Program-made: the position numbers and the translations under genes
Shown here: positions 8,963 through 22,667 of the stretch, one piece after another
How positions within the stretch are numbered: the stretch's first letter is position 1
Layout: each line of letters opens with the position of its first letter
Notes under the pieces: model-generated
The model's input: the letters and a program-made list of their open reading frames with translations, nothing else
Told to the model about the DNA's origin: nothing
Databases searched by the model: none
From: Psammoneis japonica
Taxonomy: Eukaryota
Assembly (NCBI GenBank): GCA_008632985.1
Contig: QPGO01000205.1
Location: 62,001-125,165 of the forward strand
Direction of reading: 5' to 3'
DNA length: 63,165 nucleotides

Positions 8963-11900
8963 CTCTTCCCCTCAATGGTGCAAGAATCACGCACACCATT
9001 GGAACAACTTGGCTCAAATTTAAACTCCAAATGCGCATGGAGAAGGGAACCCAGGCGTTGGGAAGAAACCCTCAACTCCGATGCGGCACCATCGCGACGA
9101 ATGTTGATCCGCTCAATGACGTGTGGTGCTCGCAGTGCCGAAACTGTCCCGCTGGCGTGGACTTGCACAATTCGAAACGGACCATGAGCCCAAGCTTCTA
9201 GCTTTGCTGGATCCAGGGACTTGATCAACACATCTTGTCCCACTGCACAATCACAAGAATGGTGCTTTGCGTTCTGTCGGCGCAGGTTCTCGTTGACAAG
9301 CACTTGACGGTTGGCTTGGACAGCAGCAAGATCGGAAAGAACAGGTGGGTCCACAATCATGTCTCGTTGGAATGCCAAGGCTCCACTTGACACACCCGTG
9401 GACCTTGAATGAGAGCATCACAATGCAAAGGAGGCTGCAGCAAGGGCATCATCCACCATCTGCTCGGCCTGACACGTCCCAGCTCTAGGTGGGACCTCGC
9501 ACTGCTGCACTGTGACATCAACAGTTTTTTGGATCGCGTCGCATGTCGCGCGCGCACATTTTTACATGTCACATTCTACGAAATTGTTTCATGCTCCCTG
9601 TTTTGCGAAGCCAAAGGCTTTCCATTCTCAACATTCATGAGAATGAAAATGCGCCGGGTGTGTTCTTTAATGTCTGAAGAACACACCCGGGCAAACTGTC
9701 AATGATGCACACCAAGCATGAAGGAGGAGATGCATTCGCAGAATTGCCTCTTTTTCTGTTGGCAATCATTCACTTTTTCATTGCAGTGCAAATTTGCTGC
9801 AGAGCTCGCACGCAGAATTCCACGGGCCCAATGTCACACGGAGTCCCACCTGGGACTGGAACCCGTCGCCTGTTGAATGTTCAAAGGTGGGTTGGCAGCA
9901 ACCACAGTTCGTAAAACATTGGCTGCCGTTTGGTGCATTTGTTCACAAATCGAGCTAGCTGCAGGATTCCATGAGGTCGTTGGAGCATCCTTGACACCAG
10001 CCTGATTCAACAACATTTGAAATTCCCAACCAATGAATTCACCGCCGTTGTCATGGATGCATCGATTCGGTCTGGGACAACGAGCTGACCAAAGGTTGCG
10101 GAACTTGTCAGCAACGTGTTGAGAAGTTTTGTTGTCAATGCGTGTGAGTTCAGTCAGGCCAGCAACAGTGTCAATGCAAGTCAGGGCGCTGAACTCAATT
10201 TCTTGATCTTGAGTTGGCATTTTCCATGGTCCAATGAGGTCAACTGCTGCTTCCGACCACAGAGCTGATGGTGCTTGGCGTTCAGGCAATTCTCCATGTC
10301 CTGGACCAAGTTGTTTGAAACGTTGACAGGTGTTGCATGCGAACTCATTACAATGCCGACGCAGTGCAGGGTGACACATGTGAGTGTGAATGCTCTCGTA
10401 CAAACAAACAACTCCACAATGGCCCAACACACGATGACACCACGTGAGTGTGTCAGGCAACGATGCAGTCGGAATGCAAATTTTCCACACTCCAGGTGGA
10501 TCATTCAAATGCAGACGACAACACATGAGAGGACGCTGGTTCACAATCTTGACCACGAATTGCTGCGGGTTCTGTTGTCTCTGTTGATTCAGTTGCTGGT
10601 CCTCAAACTGGAGCTGTTGTGTCCGCAACATTTCAGCAGGGTTCAGCATCTCGTCCAATGTCGGACAATTCAAAAAGCATTCAAACAATTCAGGTTCATC
10701 AAGTGGAGAAGAAAAGGCATGAGATTCATCAGAAGGATTGACAGGAGCACTGCAACACTTGAACCTGCAAGCGCCCAACTCCAAATCTTCTTCTTCCTTG
10801 ACCTTGCTCAATTCACTGCTGTCCAACTTTTCAAAATGAATGATTTTTCCTTTGCGTTTGCTGCTTGGCCCAAGGCTCTTCCCCTCTGAAGGTGGATCCA
10901 CACGTGAGAGTCAAGAAAAACAATCGGCGAGCACGTTGTCCTTGCCTTCGACACATTTAAAGGCAGGCGCAAAATCTTTGAGGAGTGGACACCAACGAAG
11001 GACGCGCTGTGTGTTTAAAGTGCAAAAGGTGAGATTCTTAAGGTCAGCATGAACAGCAACATCAGCACCAAGCAACATTGTGCGAAATTCTTTAAAGCAC
11101 ATGACAACGGCCAGGAGTTCTTTTTCCATCATTCAGCACGCCACAGGTTTGCCATCTTGGACAATGGCTGCACCCATCTGACAGTCTGATGCATCGGTGT
11201 GCACATGGAATGGCAGGTTGTGGTTGGGACAGGCCATGAGAGCTTCTGCTGCAATCACTGCTTTCATTTCCTCAAATGCTTTCTGACATGCACCTGACCA
11301 ATGGAACTGGCTTTTGCCTGTCAATTCCGTTAAAGGTGCAAGCAAGTGAGAACGATGAGGCCACACATTGCGACAACAGGTCACTGCACCTGAAAAGGAG
11401 CAAAGTTGCGTGGCAGTTCATGGAGGTTGCATTAGTGGAATCGCTTCGACCTTTTTCTTCCACGGTTTGATGCCAGTTGGAGTGAGCCAATGTCCCAGGA
11501 AATCCGTCTCTTGGACACACCACTCGCATTTCAATGGGTTTGCTTTCAATCCACTCTCTTCCAGACAATCCAGCACTTTGTCAAGACGAGAGAGATGGCA
11601 ATCAAAGTCAGTGTCGAAGGCGCCAATGTTGTCAACATGAGTTTCAACGTCCAAACCATGCAAAATCTTTTCAATGATGGATTGAGCGATGTCTGGAGCT
11701 GGCTTCAATCCCATGGCCATGCAACAGCATTGGAGCTTTCCGCACGGGGTTGCAACAGTCGCTGGCTCCTTGCTTTCGTTGTCCAATTCCAAGTTGCAGC
11801 AGAACACAGTGAGATCAAGTTTGGTGAAGAACTTGTGTCCCGCTCTCCACTGCAGTGCATCTTGGATGACTGGCAAAGGACAGACTTTTTGCTTGAGCAC

Positions 11901-12800
11901 TTCATTCAGTTCACGGAAATCAGATGCCCGCCGCACTCGACCGTCTTTCTTCGGAGCAATGAAAGTGCCAGCTGCCCATTCTGCAGGTCCACATGGTCGT
12001 AAAACTCCTGGGTCCACTGAATGTTTCAGTTCCTTTTTAAACGCTTCCTCATTGACACGAGCAACAGGAAAAGGTTTTGAGTGATGGGGCATGGCATTTT
12101 CTTCCACCTCCAGGTGTGCCTTTTCATGAGGACAGTGACCCAAGGTGCCGTCAAACAAAGTTGAGCATTTTTCCAACACTGCCAACAGCTTCTTCTTTTG
12201 CTCTTCCATCAGGTGATCTAGGTTGCAAACCACTTCCACAGGATCCATTGCTTCACACTCAGCATCCAACACATGGCTGTCACATCCATTGTCACATCCG
12301 CAGTTCAATTCGTCCTCGCAGTCTTCATCGAATTCATCCATGCGGTCCAGTGCAACATGCCAGTTGCAGGACTTGGGCCAATGACGAGGCTCCTTCATCG
12401 GAATGATGCGGTCCAATCAACGCAGCCTTCTTGTGTCACAATTCAAATGGAGTCCAATTTTGTCTAGGAAGTCTTGACCCAAAACAATGTCGTGCGCACA
12501 CGGAGCATCAAACACATGAGCCACACAACCGTCAACTCTTCTGGTCTTGTTGAATTCGGGTGGTGCAATGTCAATTAGAGCCACCCAATGACCCGACTGA
12601 AAAGGACCTGCAACGGTTTGAAAAGCTCGCACTCCTTGCTCATCAATGGATGGTGCAGCTCCACGAGGCAAAACTTGAGAAGAGATCATGGTGTGAGAGC
12701 CACCAGAATCAAACAGCACACGCATCACACAATTCGACTCATGACGCTGGATCGATTTGGCAACCAATGGAGTTGATGGGACGATGAACAATTTCAGCAA
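8963..12800 (-). pseudogene. Gypsy pol fragments (protease, RT, RNase H, integrase)
   Basis: LFDSGGS; PKKDGRVR..DFRELN and THVDN; HTDASD and [21 protein letters not shown] and HGPF motifs; broken by stops, frameshifts and a MITE. Confidence 0.9.
9471..9867. mobile_element. 397-bp MITE inserted in the Gypsy integrase
   Basis: Imperfect TIRs starting GAC and containing AGGTGGGAC; 4-bp TSD GCCT; removal restores IQQAEQ. Confidence 0.88.
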
Positions 12801-13989
12801 TCAAAGAATCAACAATCCACACAATGAATGAAACAATGAGTTCCCAATTGATCAACACAATGAGGACAATCAACAACCAAACAACAACAAATTCAAGCGT
12901 GGCGACACGAGCTTCGAGTTCAAACAAACGCTGCTCCAAATTGCCAATTTCACGAGCACAATTGCGCTGAGGTTCCGATTGATTTTTAATGAAATTTTCT
13001 GCACGAGCACATGAATGAGCTTTCTCTCTTTTTGACAGTGCTCTGCACGTTGTCATGAAATGGATGGTGCAATGAGCAAGCTGTGACAACAACTGCAATT
13101 GCAGTGCAAGATCCAGCTTGAGATGACTTGATAAAACAGGTTGTGAGAGAACCGAGAAGAGACTTCATCAGCGCAATCGCTGATCGAAACTGACTTCTAA
13201 CGGCTTCTTGAATGTCCAATGCGTTGGGTCATAAAGCACATGTGCCCATCTCATTCATGGTTGTCAATTCGGAATGACACACAAATGACTAAATGAGCAA
13301 TTAAAAATTCTGGTGTGCAACGTGGAATGCTGCTGGGGTTGGTACGAAAAGTGGTGAGCTTGTGCCGTGATCATCACAGAAAATCTGTGCCACAGATTTG
13401 GGGTTCAGATTTCTTGCAGATTTTCAAGGGGTCCGCAGAAACAGTTGCAGATTTTCAAAAAGCACAGATTTTCAATCATTCAGCTAAAAATGGGGTTGGG
13501 TTTTGCCTGAATTTGCCAAATTTGTGCAAACTTTGAAGAACCTTTCTGCAGGCCCAGCGCGGCAAAAGCAAGCCCGGTGCGTTCTACGTGCATCCTGCGC
13601 ACATTTGCACCACTGAGGGGGGAAGACAGACGGGGTCAGATTCCAGATTTTCCGGTCACGCGACACCGGTTAACAGGAACAGCCACTGCTGATTTGGGGG
13701 GGCGCGCTTTCCCCTGGCGTCACGGGTTAACTGCGCTAACCGGGGGGAGTCCTCAGTGGTTCCTGCCCGTGTGACAGGAGGCCGGTGCCGGAACCACCCC
13801 CGGAGCCAGTTCCCGGACCCCGGACAGGCCTGTGGTTGGTGAAGACAAGAACCTTCAGAACCAAACAAGACACAAAATCCACTTGTCAAAATGTTCATTC
13901 TCCCCACTCAAATGTCAACATAGTTCGAAACGACTCCACTTGTCAACCACCCCAAGTGAGCGTTTGATTTCAAAAACCTCTTTTCTTTT

Positions 13990-15209
13990 GATGGCAAGGT
14001 GGGTGCACCCCAAAAGACAATCCCTCGAGGCTGTCATGATGAGAAGAAGAGACCCAAGATGGCGTCTCAGGTCTCCACAGGAGACTTGTTGGCCCAAACC
14101 ATCACACCACTCAAGGTGGATGGCACTTGTGTGTCACTGAGTGGAATGCATGCAAAAGGTGGGTGGATGAATCGCCGGCTCTGTCGGGGCCACCTTGCTT
14201 GATGCAACACCAGGTCGACCGGTGCTTCTTGGAGGCAGTGTCAAAATGAGACGTCACGCCAAAGTTGGCCAAGCGTGTCATTTGGTCACTGCAGCATTGT
14301 TCATCTTGGGAGGAGCACAAACCTCCTGGTCCAAAATTCGTTGTGAGATCCAAGGCAGTTGACATCGCTCTGGTGGCGCACAAGGAGCGATGCACCCAAA
14401 ATTTGCTCACTGCGTTTGTGTCAGCTCATGACAAGCTGCCTGCGGACACTCCATCTGATGTTGCTGAGGACAAGACATTGAGTTGTGTCATTCAATCTGC
14501 TGCTTGGAAGAACTTTGTGGTGTCATGGACCAGCTGCAGCCAGACCATGACACGAGGTGATCAGCTCCGACTCATGCGACATGCGGACACACACTGTGAC
14601 GAAACTCACAGCCCCGGCAACCCAAACGAATTGGTCGCACGTCCAATGACAGCTCTGATTGAGCAACGGTTCACAGGCAAATGAGGCTCCCACAAAAAAG
14701 GAGTTGCAGGCATGTGGCGACACCGTGACTGGAAGCGATGCGGAGCCGGCATGAATGCCACCGTCGCCGCATGCAGGTTTCACAGCGACACCAAAACCCA
14801 CTTCATCCATCAACATGATGGATTCCCAGACTGGTGCAAGCATGAACTTGTGGATTGGAAAACATTGGACACTCACCGCAAGGCACACCAATGGGTGTGC
14901 AGGGCAACTAAGACTTCGTGGGTGAAGTGCACTCACCTTCGCACCGCTGGCATTGACTCCAGCAACATGGGCGGGGCGACCAAGCAAAACATTGAGCAGC
15001 AGACCAAACATGGAAAAGATTCACTTGATGTCTCATGCTTGCCTGAGATCCCTCCACAAGTGCAGTTGATTGCCGCCGGGTTCTCTGAGCTGCATGGCAA
15101 TGAAGTTCGCTGCATCCCTCATGCCAACATGTCCTTCGGCAAGCTGGTTCCCGGAAAACCAAACATTGCTGATGCTGAGTTGGCATCTAAGATTTTTTGT
15201 GGCCCCTAA
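13990..15209 (+). pseudogene. Crypton-like tyrosine recombinase (Ndc10 domain II-like) relic
   Basis: Motifs TRGDQLR, MWRHRDWKRC, KCTHLRTAG, SC(Y)LPEIP..AAGF across ORFs 14265-14684 and 14712-15209. Confidence 0.7.
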
Positions 15210-16539
15210 AATGATCTTACAGATTTTCAAATCAACACAGATTTTCTGTGACAATCAGGGCATGTGCCGGCAAGATTCTTCTAAAATGCTGTGTCACGCC
15301 AGCCAGTGTTTGCAAACCATGCCTTAACTCCGCTGCACTTGTCCAAACCTGAATCTGGTCTGTGCACACCACAGCTTTTCCCTTTGTCTTCTAAACGTGC
15401 CACCCTTGGGTGCTCCCTCTTGTGCACTTCTCCTCCACCTTTGCAGCAAAAAACGGCCATGTCATTGGAAGAAAATGACACTCAGGTCTGACATGGTGCA
15501 ATCAATCAAGAGGAACACCGAGGCCTTTGGATGCTGTCTCAAGACCAAGCGTTGCAACCTTCAATGCCTCATCTGGCTGTTCTCCACCTGCAGGGATGTC
15601 ACCCACAAAGGTTTGCGCACACAGCTGGCCCACAATGTCAGACAGCAGATTCCGCTGAGACGTCTCTTCCACATCCCTGTGTGTTTTCTTTGACACTGTT
15701 GTCACAGCTGGTGAAACTCCAGGGAGTGAAGCAAGGGCTGTGAGGTTGTCTTCAACAGTGTCTGGGTGAGGTTCTCACACAATCGACATGTTCCTCTCAA
15801 GGCCTTGTTTGGTGAGCTTCTCTTTTTCCAGCTTGATGAGTGCCGCTTTGACGACCTCCTCCTCCGCACCCCAAGTTGCACCGGGACACCTGTTTGTTGC
15901 TTTGTCCATCTTCTGTTTCAGCTCTTGTGGATCTCTTCCACAGCAAGGGCGCCCCTTGTCAAGACCCCATTCCCTGGGCACCATGTCAAATGTGAAAGAG
16001 TGTGAGGTGTTGAGATTTAGAATGATGAAAACATCACAAAATCAAGCAATGATCAACACAACGTGTGCAGGAGTTGCTCTCATCCCATCACTGTGCTTTT
16101 TGACTGTCTCATTCAATGGGGACTTCTCAATGGGCATGTGGCCCTTCTTGATCATTTGGGCTTTCAAAGCTCCCAAATTCCAGTGTCCAGATTTCTTTGC
16201 TTGAACAATGGCTTTTGGCACCTCAGAAGGTGTGCATTGAAATCCATTGAGGGGGCGTGGTGCCTTGATCCCCCCATCCTGTCCAAAAACAGTCCTGGCA
16301 GCACCAGCTGTCAATTCTTCATTTTCGTCACTGTTGTGCTTTGCTCCTGCCATCACCAAGTTGGAGCCGAAGTTTTGCATCTCACAAAACATGGGATTCT
16401 TTTTCTGCAACGTTTGATCATTTCTCTCCTCCTCGCGCATCTTTCTCTTCCTCTCTTTTTCAAGCTTGCCACTGGCAATGTTCCCACACTTGAACAATGC
16501 AATGTTTGCTGCTGCTCATGTCAGTGAGGTTGAACCTTC

Positions 16540-16605
16540 TTTGAGTTTCTGTGAAAGAACAACAAAATCTTTGAGTTTCTGTGAAAGAACAACAAAATCT
16601 TTGAG
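16540..16605. repeat. 30-bp tandem duplication in an unidentified minus-strand coding relic (about 15500-16815)
   Basis: TTGAGTTTCTGTGAAAGAACAACAAAATCT twice. Confidence 0.8.
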
Positions 16606-17604
16606 CATTTTTGACAGCTTCTCCTTGGCTCCCTTTGAAGACCCCAACTCCATAGATTCCAACACATTTGCGTGCATTTCAAGAAGCATTCTGGCATTTT
16701 TCACAAGCACTCCAACCTCAAAAATCTTTGATGCCTTTGCCGCATCATTGCATCCACCACGGGAAAGAGATGCTCCTGCACTTGACATGGTTGTGATGGC
16801 ACCAATCTGAAACACAAAGTGAGGGAAAATGTTGGTTTTTTCTTTTTCATTTTGTTTGAATTTAAAAAGTGCGACTCATTCAAATTCAAAACAGCAATGG
16901 TTGACAAGACTTGCACTGTCATGTTCAAGTCATCAGCAAGACTTGCTGCCATTCATTGTGTTGCGCTGGTGCTGCAATGCACAAAATGGCAAAATGCTTC
17001 TAAGCACGTCCATTGCTCTGCACTGATTCAACATGATGCATTGATGGGAGGTTGTGCAATTGTTTGAGGCATCATTTGGTTTCAGCAGCGACCGGCACTC
17101 ACATCATCATCAGCATCAACAAGTTGCGTTGAATTGTTGCATTGGATGTCGTTGCACCCAAGAACATTTTTTGTTGTTTGCTGTTCAGCTAAATACAGAA
17201 AAGGCCTGATTGTCAAACAAAACAGTTGAGTGGGAAATGGCTTGCCAAGACACCAAAATTGGAGTGCAGGATGCGTGGCCGACTGGCTTTTTTCTGATGA
17301 CCAGCTTTTTTCCCACCTGTGGCATGCAGCACTTGCAGCATTGCTTTGTCAACAGAAAAGAATGACAGATTCAGACAGTGGATGAACACATTGAAAAAAA
17401 TTGTTCAGTCAAGTTGTTCCAGCTTGATGGTCGCCCCTGCACAGAAGTTCCACACAGTGGATGGAAAGGCATTTTTTGCCTGTGCCATCCGGGCAATCTG
17501 CTGAAACGTGCGACATCACGCAATTTCAATGGAAATGAGCAAACCCCAGCTGTGAGCATTGTTGATGCTTGTGACTTAAAAAAGGCATTTCATTCTTGTG
17601 TTTT

Positions 17605-17705
17605 CTGAAACCTGCTGAATGTTTCAGCAGATTCTGCTGAAACCTGTCATGTTTCAGCAAATGCTGAAACATGCCATGTTTCAGCAAATTTTGCTGAAAC
17701 ATGCA
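17605..17705. repeat. Array of short palindromes TGTTTCAGCA..TGCTGAAACA
   Basis: Several alternating-orientation units; related array at 18500-18655. Confidence 0.8.
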
Positions 17706-18499
17706 ACAGGCCAAATTGTGTGTCAACGCGTGACTTGGTTTCTGAACAAAAAAATGCCACCCATGAGCACGCAGCGTGTTGAAACACAAACTTGCCATTG
17801 CGGTCGGTGCCTTTGAATGAGCTTTGGCAAGGCTCAAAGCAAATGAATTGCTGCAAAAGTAAAACATTTGAGTGGTCCATGTTTCAATTAGTCTGCTGCG
17901 TCAATGTTGTGCGGTGATGATGCACTTCAATCACCGCGCGGTTGACATTGTCTTGGCACGAGATGGAGAATTGCTGCAGCAAAGTGTTTTTCCTCGTTTT
18001 TGGGGTCTTTTGCACCTTGTTCCGCCAGAATCTTTTGTTTGAATGCTGCATCATTTTGTGCCATTTGACATGGGCTGCTTCTGCAGCTGTGGAGGTGAGT
18101 CAGGTGTCGAAAAACACAGTGCACGTCTGTCAAGACTTTTCAGAAAAATGGCAGCCATCAACCGCTTTGCCTGCAGGGTTCCACCTGACCCCAGCACAAG
18201 ATGTGCACACCAAACACCAATCACAATGATGAAAAACTTTGTTGCTCATGTCATCTTGCAGCGACCATTTTAGATGCAAGAAAAAGGCAAGAATGCACCA
18301 ACACACCAATTTGGGAGATGATTGTCGTGCTTGTTGAGAGCACCGTGCAGCCGTCAACATTGCAATGGCAGCTTTCAACGTTTGTCATTTGTTGCATGAT
18401 GATGGACGTTGTTTGTGTGTTGCACATTTGTTGGTTGTTTCACAGACGAGCCTGGGCAAAACACCACCACAATTGCAGCAAAATTGCTCAAACAGGATT

Positions 18500-18655
18500 C
18501 ATGTTTCAGCAGATTTTGCTGAAACATGTTTCAGCAAAATGCGTGTTTCAGCAAGTTCTGCTGAAACATGTCATGTGTCAGCATTTGCTGAAACATGCTG
18601 CATGTTTCAGCAAAATTTGTTGAAACATGAGTCCCATTTGCATGTTTCAGCAAAT
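18500..18655. repeat. Second TGTTTCAGCA..TGCTGAAACA palindrome array
   Basis: Same unit as 17605-17705. Confidence 0.8.
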
Positions 18656-21600
18656 GGCAGCATTTTGATCAAGCACGAGTCAAAACTTGAATGACATTTG
18701 ACGGCAATCAACAGCTTCAAAGAATCTTTTGAGATTGCTGTGCATGCTTTTCGTGCATTTTCAGTGAAATGCCCAGAAGGTGCTGGTGTGGGTGTGGGCA
18801 GCAGGTTTTGATTGACTCAACTCAAGCAAAGCAAGAGTTGTCATCTCACAAAAGCAACCAAGATGTTAAAGTGGGGAGAGCTGACAACTGCACAAGTGCA
18901 ACCATCATCAAAGGCAGCTGCACTCAAGGACAAGGAACAACATGTGAAGCAAAATGCAACATGCAGATGAGGCTGCAAGAAAAGGCAGAGCAACATGAAG
19001 AAGCAAGAAGAGAGAAGCCACCAGAGGAAAAAACAGGTGAAAGGGGCAAACAAAATGACAAAAAAGAGAAATTGTGAGACTCTTTTGGGAGCCAAAAGCA
19101 AGCAGTTGTGAGATGCCTTGCAGCACAACCCAACAAAAGCTTGTTGCCACCCCAGCAAGCCAGCCAAGAAGCTCTGTGTGTTGTCCATGACCAAGTGGCA
19201 CCCTGAAAAGTGTTTTCAACACTGCTTTGGGGTGCGACCAAGTTGTCATTGAGAGCTGCCTCACAAAAAACTGCTCCAGTGCTTGTCAGTGAATCTCCAA
19301 GCATGTGCAAAAGCACCGGAGCTTGCTGAAGATGTCTTTCTCTGCTGCTGTGTGCTGCTCAGGCAACCGTCTTTGCAGCTTTGGTGTTTGGTGCAGAGCT
19401 CCCAGCACAGTGCTTTGCTGAGGCACCAACAAGGTCATGGGACAACTTTGACAATTGACCGACCGCAACAAAAATGGGCAATGCTCCATGGCACGTTTTC
19501 ATCCCACCCATGATGGCCATTGTCTGTCAATCACGACACCATTCAATGCACTGACAATGTGTCGATTGAACGGGATCTGTGGCACAAAATGCAAGATGAA
19601 ATGTGATTGCTCATGTGCAGAATGCTGCAGGGGTCACCAATCCAGTGTTTGTCATTTGTCAGTGTCACAAAATTGTCAACTTTCTCCCAACAATCATGGA
19701 TTGCAACCATCAACTGCACGTGGCTTTGCAGCAATCAAAAGATCGCAATGCATGCGCACTTGCCACGTGCGACAATTGACTGCAATTGCAATTGCAATTG
19801 GCCACCGCACGGAATTTGCGTGCCCCACACAGGGGCAACCTCCATGCAAGAACACATTTTTTGTGAATGAACACCACGTTTTGGTCAATTTTTAGTCCCG
19901 TTTTCACTGTAAATCCCAATTCATGACCAAATTTTTGATGAAAATTGATCGCAATTGATTGCGAACACGATTGCGATCTTTGTGACCAGTGCCAGACAAA
20001 CAATCAGCATGTTGCAATTGCTTTGATTGCAGCTTGCAATCAAATTGCAAACAGGATTGCAGCCAAGTGAGCAATTTTGCAATGCTGTCATTTGTTGTCC
20101 CACATGATTGCCCATGCATTGGACATTGTTGGCGAAGACTGGCAATGCATTTTCTGCAACTTTTGTTCAGTGACAGTGCTGCACTTGCTCTAAAATGTCA
20201 AAGTGACATTGTTTGGATTTGTCAGCAATGCAGTGCTTGTGGAGACAATGTGAAAACAATGAACACTGGACAATGTGCACACTGCGCAATTTCAATTAGA
20301 TCAGCAATGCCTGTGTGGCGCAATTTAGCCATCAGTTGTCAGTTTTTCTTTTGCCTTTCAGCCACAAATGCAAGCCACAAGGCGCACAGCAAAGGCCAAG
20401 ACAAAAGCAGAACCACACACAGCCCATGACAATGATGTGGCAGATTGAACAGTCACCCTCATTCTTCCAATTTGCACATCTTTTGTGCAGAATGAAGGGG
20501 GTCATTTAGATCACTCTTTTGTTGTGCATTCAGAAAGGCAAGCCATGAGGCACCCAGTGTGAAGGACAAGGCAAAAGTGGAGCCGTGCATGGTTGACAAA
20601 ATGTGGCAGATTGATTGGCAATGTTCATTCTTCCCTTTGACCTGTCTTGTGCACAGAATGCAGTGTGTCATTTTTTCCTTCTTGTGTTGTGTGGTCACAA
20701 ATGCAAACCACAACGGCTCTGAAGCAAAGGCCAAGGCAAAAATGGAGCCATTCGTGCATGAACAATGTCAACATGCATGATTTAATGGCAAAGTTTGTTC
20801 TTCCCTGACTCCACCATGAGAGGCCGCTTTGTGTCAATTTGTTGATGCACCCGTCATGGTCATCGGCAGCAGAGACCTGGGTGATGTGAGCAAAAGCACG
20901 CACACCCAGGTGGAGTGCAATGGGAATTGCCGCACCGCACTCATTTTTTGTTCCTTCCCCTGACATCTTTCAGTCATTCCTTCCCACCAAATTGCCCTCA
21001 TTTCCCGGGTGTTCCCCAAAAGGGCAAGGTGATCCCCCCTTGCCCTTGCCATTTTGGGGGATCCCCAAATGGGTGAAACCAAACTAAGACAGCAGGAAGG
21101 AAGTGGGTGAGACAAGCTTGAGGCACTGCTGGGTGAGACAAGCTTGCTCTCTTGCACTGCTGCAAAAGAAGAAACAACAACAGAGAGACAGGAAACAAGC
21201 AAAACCGCTGACAACAGCAATTTTTTTTTGCTTGGAATGCCGTCACATTTTCTGTGTTCACTGTCCCAGTCACTTGCATTGAAATGGCGACATTTGTGCC
21301 ACAAGATTTGTCTTCTCCATGCAAACTGCCACATGACGGCAGTTTGGGGCTGTGTTTGACTAAAGCACACCCCCCAAGCAAGCAAAAATTCACCTTTGTG
21401 TGTGGCACAACCTTGTTGCATCCTCTGCCTTGTGTGCAGCACAAAATTTGCACCACACATGAGGCACCATTGCTCAAAGGATGACCTTCCACATCAGTGC
21501 TGTCATTGTGTGCGGCATCCCACACTGTTTGATGACCTGCTGATGGAAAGACAATCAACGACTCTGGATGCCACATGACACCACACTTCTGTTGTTAAAT

Positions 21601-21864
21601 TTTTTCTGCCAGTTTGTCATTGAGGCTGCAGAAGAGAAGCTAAAAGGGTTCAACCCTCTGCTGGATTGGCTGCATTCACGGTGCCAAATTGTGATCCTGC
21701 ATGTGGTGGCTCAACTTTTGTCACCTTGGCTTTCTCCATGCTGTCCTCCCATGCTGGTTGAAGGAAGCTGCCCCCATCATTCTGGAAGAGATCCAGCTGA
21801 CAGATCCTTGTTTGCACAGGAACTCTCTTGCAACTGTGCTGGTGCCGCACAGAGTGTGTCAACT

Positions 21865-22260
21865 GATGCGTTCCAGGCCCAGGTGGGAGCTTGCAGTGCT
21901 GACAAGTGACACAACTGTTTTTTGTCATCCGTCGCATGTTTCGCATGTGCATTTCTATGTGTGACATTCCAAAAAATTGTTCCAGACTTGTTGTTTTGCA
22001 AAACCCCAGATGTTTCATTTGGCAAAATTGTGGAGACACAAATGCGCCAGGTGCATTTTTGAATGTCTGAAGAGTGCCCCTGGTTGAGCAGAAAATGATG
22101 CACTTCAATCATGGACAAGTTTGTGCATTTGCAAAGTTGCCTCATTTTCTGTTGGCAATCATTGACACATCAGTTGCCTGGCAATTTTAATGCGGAGCTC
22201 GCACGCAGAATTCTTCGGGCCCAATGTTGCACGGATTCCCACCTGCATCTTGAACGCATC
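21865..22260. mobile_element. 396-bp diverged member of the MITE family
   Basis: Termini GATGCGTTC...GAACGCATC; internal similarity to 9471-9867; flanks AACT/ACCT. Confidence 0.7.
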
Positions 22261-22667
22261 ACCTTGGCTTTCTCTTTGCTCCCGCACTGCTGGTTGAGCC
22301 AAGCTCCCCCCACTGTTCTGGATGAGATCAAGCTAGCGGATCTTTTTTTGCAAATGCTCTCTTGCACCTGTGCTGATTCTGTGTGCACAATGCAAGATGG
22401 ACGAAGCTCCAGATGTGTTGTGTGTGTGTGCATCTTTTCTCTTTCAGCCAGATTGGCATCATGATCAAACAGACCACACAACATGCTGCACTGCAGTTGT
22501 TTTTTGATCATCGTGAATGGGTGCGTGGGCAAAAACAACAAGTCGATCTGGTCAAGTTTTGTGCGAACACCTCGACCCTCTGTCTTGCGATGACCAAAAA
22601 CCTGTTTTTGTCTGCTGCAGGCACATGTGCTGCCACTGTGAACCTTTCCAATCCATCAGTTTGCATG

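Larger units (their letters stand above)
8778..13257 (-). mobile_element. Ty3/Gypsy LTR retrotransposon, degenerate, no recognisable gag
   Basis: LTRs 8778-8962 and 13105-13257 (TG..CA); TSD TGGTT at 8773-8777 and 13258-13262; PPT GAGGGGAAGAG on minus strand; PR-RT-RH-IN order. Confidence 0.92.

Noticed and set aside
17605..18655. CRISPR-like repeat arrays
   Set aside because: Units abut with no unique 25-45-nt spacers; no cas genes; eukaryotic context
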